From Octopus vulgaris (Eukaryota), in assembly GCA_951406725.2 (NCBI GenBank), contig OX597818.1, positions 3,472,001 through 3,536,000 of the forward strand: a stretch of 64,000 bases of DNA. The letters run 5' to 3'. A model generated the notes under the pieces. It was not told the origin of the DNA, did no database searches, and was given only the letters and a program-made list of their open reading frames with translations. The position numbers and the translations under genes were made by a program. Shown here piece after piece: positions 50,252 through 64,000 of the stretch; the stretch's first letter is position 1, and each line of letters starts with the position of its first letter.

Positions 50252-52655
50252 TCATTTAATAAATCTCTATACCATCTGCAGAGACATTTAACTGGTTGTT
50301 CTTTCACCGTTGGTATGTCTTCACCTCCTATCCTGAATTTCACTTCTACTTGCCTTCCTTTCATGAAAGCCACGCTTCGAGATTTTTGGGCTTTGAATTT
50401 CATCCTTGCCCATCCTATCAGTTCGTCCAACCGCTCTAACGTTCCATCTGTTGCTTCTCTACTTTCCGATAATACAGTTACGTCGTCCATAAAAGCCCTT
50501 AATGGTGTCTTTGTAACAGCTTTCTCACAGTTTGTAGATCTAAGTAACATTTCCATGACTAGCACGAATAAGATGACTGATATCGTGCATCCGGCTGCAA
50601 TACCTATTTCAAGCCGTTGCCACTCCGTTGTGAACTTTCCTGCTGTAAATCTCATCCTCAGGTTGTCATAGTACGACATGAGCATTCGTTGAACATCTTT
50701 TGGAATCCAAAAGAAGTCCATCGCTGTTTTTACTAGTGCGTGTGGAACAGATCCATAAGCATTGGCAAGATCTAGCCAAACAATATACAGGTTTTTCTTC
50801 AGTTGTTTTGCACAGGTGATGGCTTCCCAGATGGCAAATGCGTGCTCTATGCACCCAGGGATTCCTGCTTTTTGAATTGCTTCATTAACGTACTCGTTAT
50901 GCTGTACGAATCTTATGATTCGTCTAGCAATAATTCCAAACATGATTTTCCCGTCAGTATTCAATAATGAAATTGGTCTAAATTGTCCTAGTGTTTTTGC
51001 ATCTTTTTCTTTAGGTAGATAGATACCTTCATATATACACCATCGCTCCGCTACATCTTTCTTCTTCCACATTTGTCTTATCAGTACAAACAGTTGCAAA
51101 CGTAATTTCGGGCAATATATATATACCTTGTGGCTCACTCCATCGTTCCCTGGTGAACTTTTTGTTCTTGCTTTTCTTATGAACTCATCCATTTCTTTCC
51201 GTTTGATGTCACTCAACTCAAATGGTACTCTTGGTTCAGGTGGTTTCTTCAGTCCGTGCATTTCTGGGAGTACTTCATTTCTGTCAGAATCGCTGTATGT
51301 CTCTTCCAAATGTTGTTCGAGCTCTTCTTTCCTGCAATCCAATTTTCCGCTTTTATTTTCAGTAAATAAACGTTTCGCATATTGATAGGGATTGTTCACA
51401 AAGCTACGATAGTTCTTTTCTCTCTCCTTTCTTCTGCTCTTTCTTCAGATTAAAGATATACTGCTGTTCCATGCGGAGTCGTGAGTGTGTGGATCCGTGG
51501 CGCAGAGCAGAGCCAAAGACGGAGATGCTAGAGGGTAATGGTTCGCCAAGCGGAAGTGACAAGCGACGGGGATGCTCGAACGTAGACGAACAGCCCTTAG
51601 GTGTTTGGTGAACCGGTCGGCGGCCCGTCTGACCTACATATAGTTTACTACAGAGGTTGCATCTAATACAGTATGAGGTTAGAAGTGCAAGAGAATGAAT
51701 TTGTTATGTGAAGAGTTTGCTGATTAGAACCAGTGAGAGAAGTTGTGTTGGGGATGAAGGGGCAGGTGTTGCAGCGCAAAGCAGTTGAGGGTGAGGACGA
51801 GCTCTGCCAGACGGAGAAGGGTGGAGGTGCTGGATATGGGGTCAGGGCGACGGTCGAGGAAGTATTGGAGGGCTAATAGACCGACGTTGTGGGGAATCAC
51901 TTTGTATAGGGATTTGATGTCCAAGGTGAAGAGGAGGTGTGAGGGGCCGGGAGGGAAGGAAAAGAAATTGAAATGGTGAAGAGTGTGATTAGTGTCGTAT
52001 ATGTGGGATGGGAGGGCAGCAACTAAAGGGGACAGGATGCGGTCAAGGTATTTGGAAATGAGTTCGGTGGGGCAGAAACGATAGGGCGGCCAGGGTTGTT
52101 GGGTTTATGTATTTTGGGAAGGAAATAGATGGTGGAGGTAAGGGGTGTTCGGACGATGAGGTTGATGACGGTGGGGGAGAGAGCAGAAGAGGAGATGAGG
52201 TCATGGATGGTGGAGGACACTTGCTGTTGGTATGAGGAGGTGGGGTCGGAGGGGAGGAAGCGATAGAAGAGGGGATTTTGATGTTAACTGAGCGCTTCCT
52301 CTCTCTATAGGTCCGTGCGCCACACCACCACTGTTCCACCTTTGTCTGCCGATTCGATGACAATGTCGTCACGGCAACAGAGGTCGCGAAGGGCAATCGA
52401 TTCAGCACAGGTGAGGTCGGCTGGGAGGGATCTTCTTTGGAAATTGAATCGGTTGACCAACGCATTGCAGGCGTGCAGGAACAAGTCTAGGCTACTGAAT
52501 TGGCCTGGAGGCAGCGTGCAGTTGAATGGGCGGCACGCCAGCTCCGAAAAACAATCCTGATTGTCGTGATGTTGTGTAGACGTGTGGAAAAACGCGCATA
52601 ATTTGTTGTGGCACAGGAACTGGCTGACGTCGGTGCGGGTCTCAAATTTGTCGAG

Positions 52656-53165
52656 GTACAAAGACTTCCTGAAGGTTTCCTTGAAAGATGCTAGCATCTC
52701 TCCTAACACATGGGAGGGCATAGATATTGACAGATCAGGTGGAGAAGGATTGTGCATGAGGGAACAGCTACTTTTGGGAAATCTCGAGTTGCGCATGAGA
52801 ATGTAAGGGAGATGTCAGGAAGGGCATCACTGTTGCACTTCCAGACGGTAAGGGTCTTCCTATGATGCTGACATGCAGTGTCTGTGCAAGATCCTGCCTC
52901 AGTAAAGCTGGGGTCATGAGGCATCTTCGTAGTCATAAAGCGAGACCGATGATTGACTACCAGGCTGCTGCTGGTAGTGCTACACACCATACTAATCATA
53001 TCTGTCGGGCATGTGGCTATTGCCAGTAAAGATTTTAGCTGCCAATTCTGTCCAAGACATTGTAGATCTTTAGCTGAGCTAAAAAGTCACATTCGATCAC
53101 AGCATCATTAACAGTTAAGCCTCGTGCAATGGCCATACTCGATAACGAGGGGGCAGCCATAATGT
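52656..53165 (+). mobile_element. RTE-clade LINE 3' fragment
   Basis: RYKDFLKVSLKDASISPNTWEG..DRS, a C2H2 remnant (C..C.SLAELKSHIRSQH), and tail ctcgataacgagggggcagccat followed by a microsatellite. Confidence 0.7.
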
Positions 53166-53374
53166 ATGTGTTTACATGTATGTGCGTATGCATATGTACA
53201 TGCATATGCATGTGTGCATGCCTATATGCATGTACGTATTTAGGTAAGTGTGTAGACATGTCTGTGTGTGTACATGTGTATGTATATGTGAACGTGTGCT
53301 TATGTACTGATATGTATCTGTTCAAGTTGTATACATGACTGTTACTTAGTTGAAGATTGTATACACACACATAT

Positions 53375-53445
<71 letters not shown>

Positions 53446-53556
53446 ACTATTTTCACGGACAACAGTTAAAATTCAAATTTGCTTTTTCTTGTTTTTCTTT
53501 ACCTTTTTTTAATATTAGTCTTATTTACTTCTATATGTGAATACATACATATATAC

Positions 53557-62920
<9,364 letters not shown>

Positions 62921-63253
62921 ATATGATATGTGGATTAACTGTTGAACTGGACGGACGTCTATTTGTTTCTCTCCCGAGTCAGTAGCAAGCTACACAGCTT
63001 CAAAACTAACTGACCTTAAATATATATATATTTGTAACCACGTGTTTGCCTACAAACCCGTAAGTACGTTTTCATTTAACTACAAATTGTTATATACACC
63101 TGTTTTTCTTTTAATATCCTCAAACAACCAAATAATCAAAAACTCACACCCTTAAGAGAGAACATTTATATATATATACACTTCTTTAACTCCCAAGAAA
63201 GAATATATATATTTTCAAAAATCAAAAGGAAAACAAACAAAAGAAAAACAAAC

Positions 63254-64000
63254 ATGACTAACTTGCAGGCCTGCAACAGACGAAATTGGTCTGATAACGA
63301 AATTGATGTTTTAATAAACACATGGCTCTCTCTTTCCCAAACAGAAAATCTAAATGTCTTGTGTTTGAATGAGATTGCCGAAAAAACATCACAAGTGGTC
63401 AACACACGATCCGTCAAACAGATTCGTAGCAAGTTGAAACATATCGAAGTATCTTTCAAACTGATAAGAGGCCATTATGAAAAGCTTCTACATATTTTCA
63501 CAGTTCAAGAACAACAACAGCTAGAAAATCAGCAGCCACAACAACAACAACAACAGAATGAGCCACTCCTGGTTCCCAACACAATGGCTGACCCTGACAT
63601 CGGTCAGGCACAACAACAACAACAACAGCCACAGCAACAAGAACAACAACAGCCACTCCTCAACTCTAGCTTACTAGACGATTCACTAAATGCCAGTATC
63701 TTTTCACCGCTCTCACAGCAACCACCACAATTATCATCATCATCATCACCACCGCTGCCACCATCGTCTTCTATCACCAAAAATACCAACAGAAAACCAA
63801 ATAAGAAACCATTGCCCTCTTCCCCCACATCACCACCTCAATACTACTGCAGTAACAAAAACTTAAAGAAACATAGGAAGCAGAATGCGCCCCCCACGGC
63901 ACAAACAAGAAATCCCCAAATATGCCGCTATTCACTGCGCCAGAGACTCTGCACAAATAGTGACTGCATCTTCACGCATCTACCCGGCACTAGACGCACT
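63254..64000 (+). CDS. Open ORF running off the window (249 codons): Myb/SANT-like N-terminus, poly-Q/S linker, CCCH finger; probable LINE ORF1
   Basis: Manual translation from ATG 63254 has no stop: MTNLQACNRRNWSDNEIDVLINTW...TRSVKQIRSKLKHI...QQQQ...CRYSLRQRLCTNSDCIFTHLPGTRR. It is absent from the ORF track, presumably because no stop is reached. Confidence 0.7.
   Translation, partial: MTNLQACNRRNWSDNEIDVLINTWLSLSQTENLNVLCLNEIAEKTSQVVNTRSVKQIRSKLKHIEVSFKLIRGHYEKLLHIFTVQEQQQLENQQPQQQQQQNEPLLVPNTMADPDIGQAQQQQQQPQQQEQQQPLLNSSLLDDSLNASIFSPLSQQPPQLSSSSSPPLPPSSSITKNTNRKPNKKPLPSSPTSPPQYYCSNKNLKKHRKQNAPPTAQTRNPQICRYSLRQRLCTNSDCIFTHLPGTRRT

Larger units (their letters stand above)
39396..51445 (-). 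mobile_element. HERO/NeSL-group retrotransposon copy 2 in three pieces: 39396-40399 (REL + 3' UTR), 48765-48860 (CCHC region), 50252-51445 (RT)
   Basis: The first two pieces are collinear with 374-1451. RT ORF 50248-51399 has SSPGNDG, FRPISLLN, QKAG, WLDLANAYGSVPH, GIAAGCTIS and FMDD. Linking the RT piece to this copy is inferred from orientation, clade and the flanking split Penelope. Confidence 0.85.
39330..52655 (-). mobile_element. Penelope-like element split by nested insertions (body 51446-52655; last codons and 3' end 39330-39395)
   Basis: The body has SADKGGTVVVW, IYFLPKIHKPNNPGRPIVS, DIKSLYKVIPH and a GIY-YIG ending ...MEQQYIFNL at ~51446. The continuation FPFGLN is read at 39395-39378. 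Confidence 0.8.

Overview
Eukaryotic, AT-rich, intergenic or intronic DNA made almost entirely of nested transposable elements and (TA)n/(TG)n microsatellites. The tRNA-derived SINEs and repeat content suggest a cephalopod (Octopus-like) genome; that assignment is inference. No host gene is recognisable. Contents: two copies of an REL-endonuclease (HERO/NeSL/R2-group) retrotransposon, three copies of an RTE family with a PHD finger inside the RT, two other RTEs, CR1-group LINEs, about eight Penelope-like element (PLE) remnants with about 11 hammerhead-ribozyme motifs, a degenerate HDV-like ribozyme, a DD34E Tc1, two Helitrons and SINEs. The most striking structure is an 8,365-bp fold-back element at 40400-48764. 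It has TGT...CCA inverted termini and an exact 4-bp target duplication (AGTG), and it splits a HERO copy. Both arms consist of a promoter-like 250-bp end followed by Tx1/L1-clade LINE sequence facing inward; the right arm holds a complete ORF1+ORF2 element and the left arm an ORF2-deleted copy. 54.5-62.9 kb is noisy (TA)n sequence of doubtful quality. All coordinates were read by eye, so boundaries may be off by a few to tens of bases unless junction sequences are quoted.
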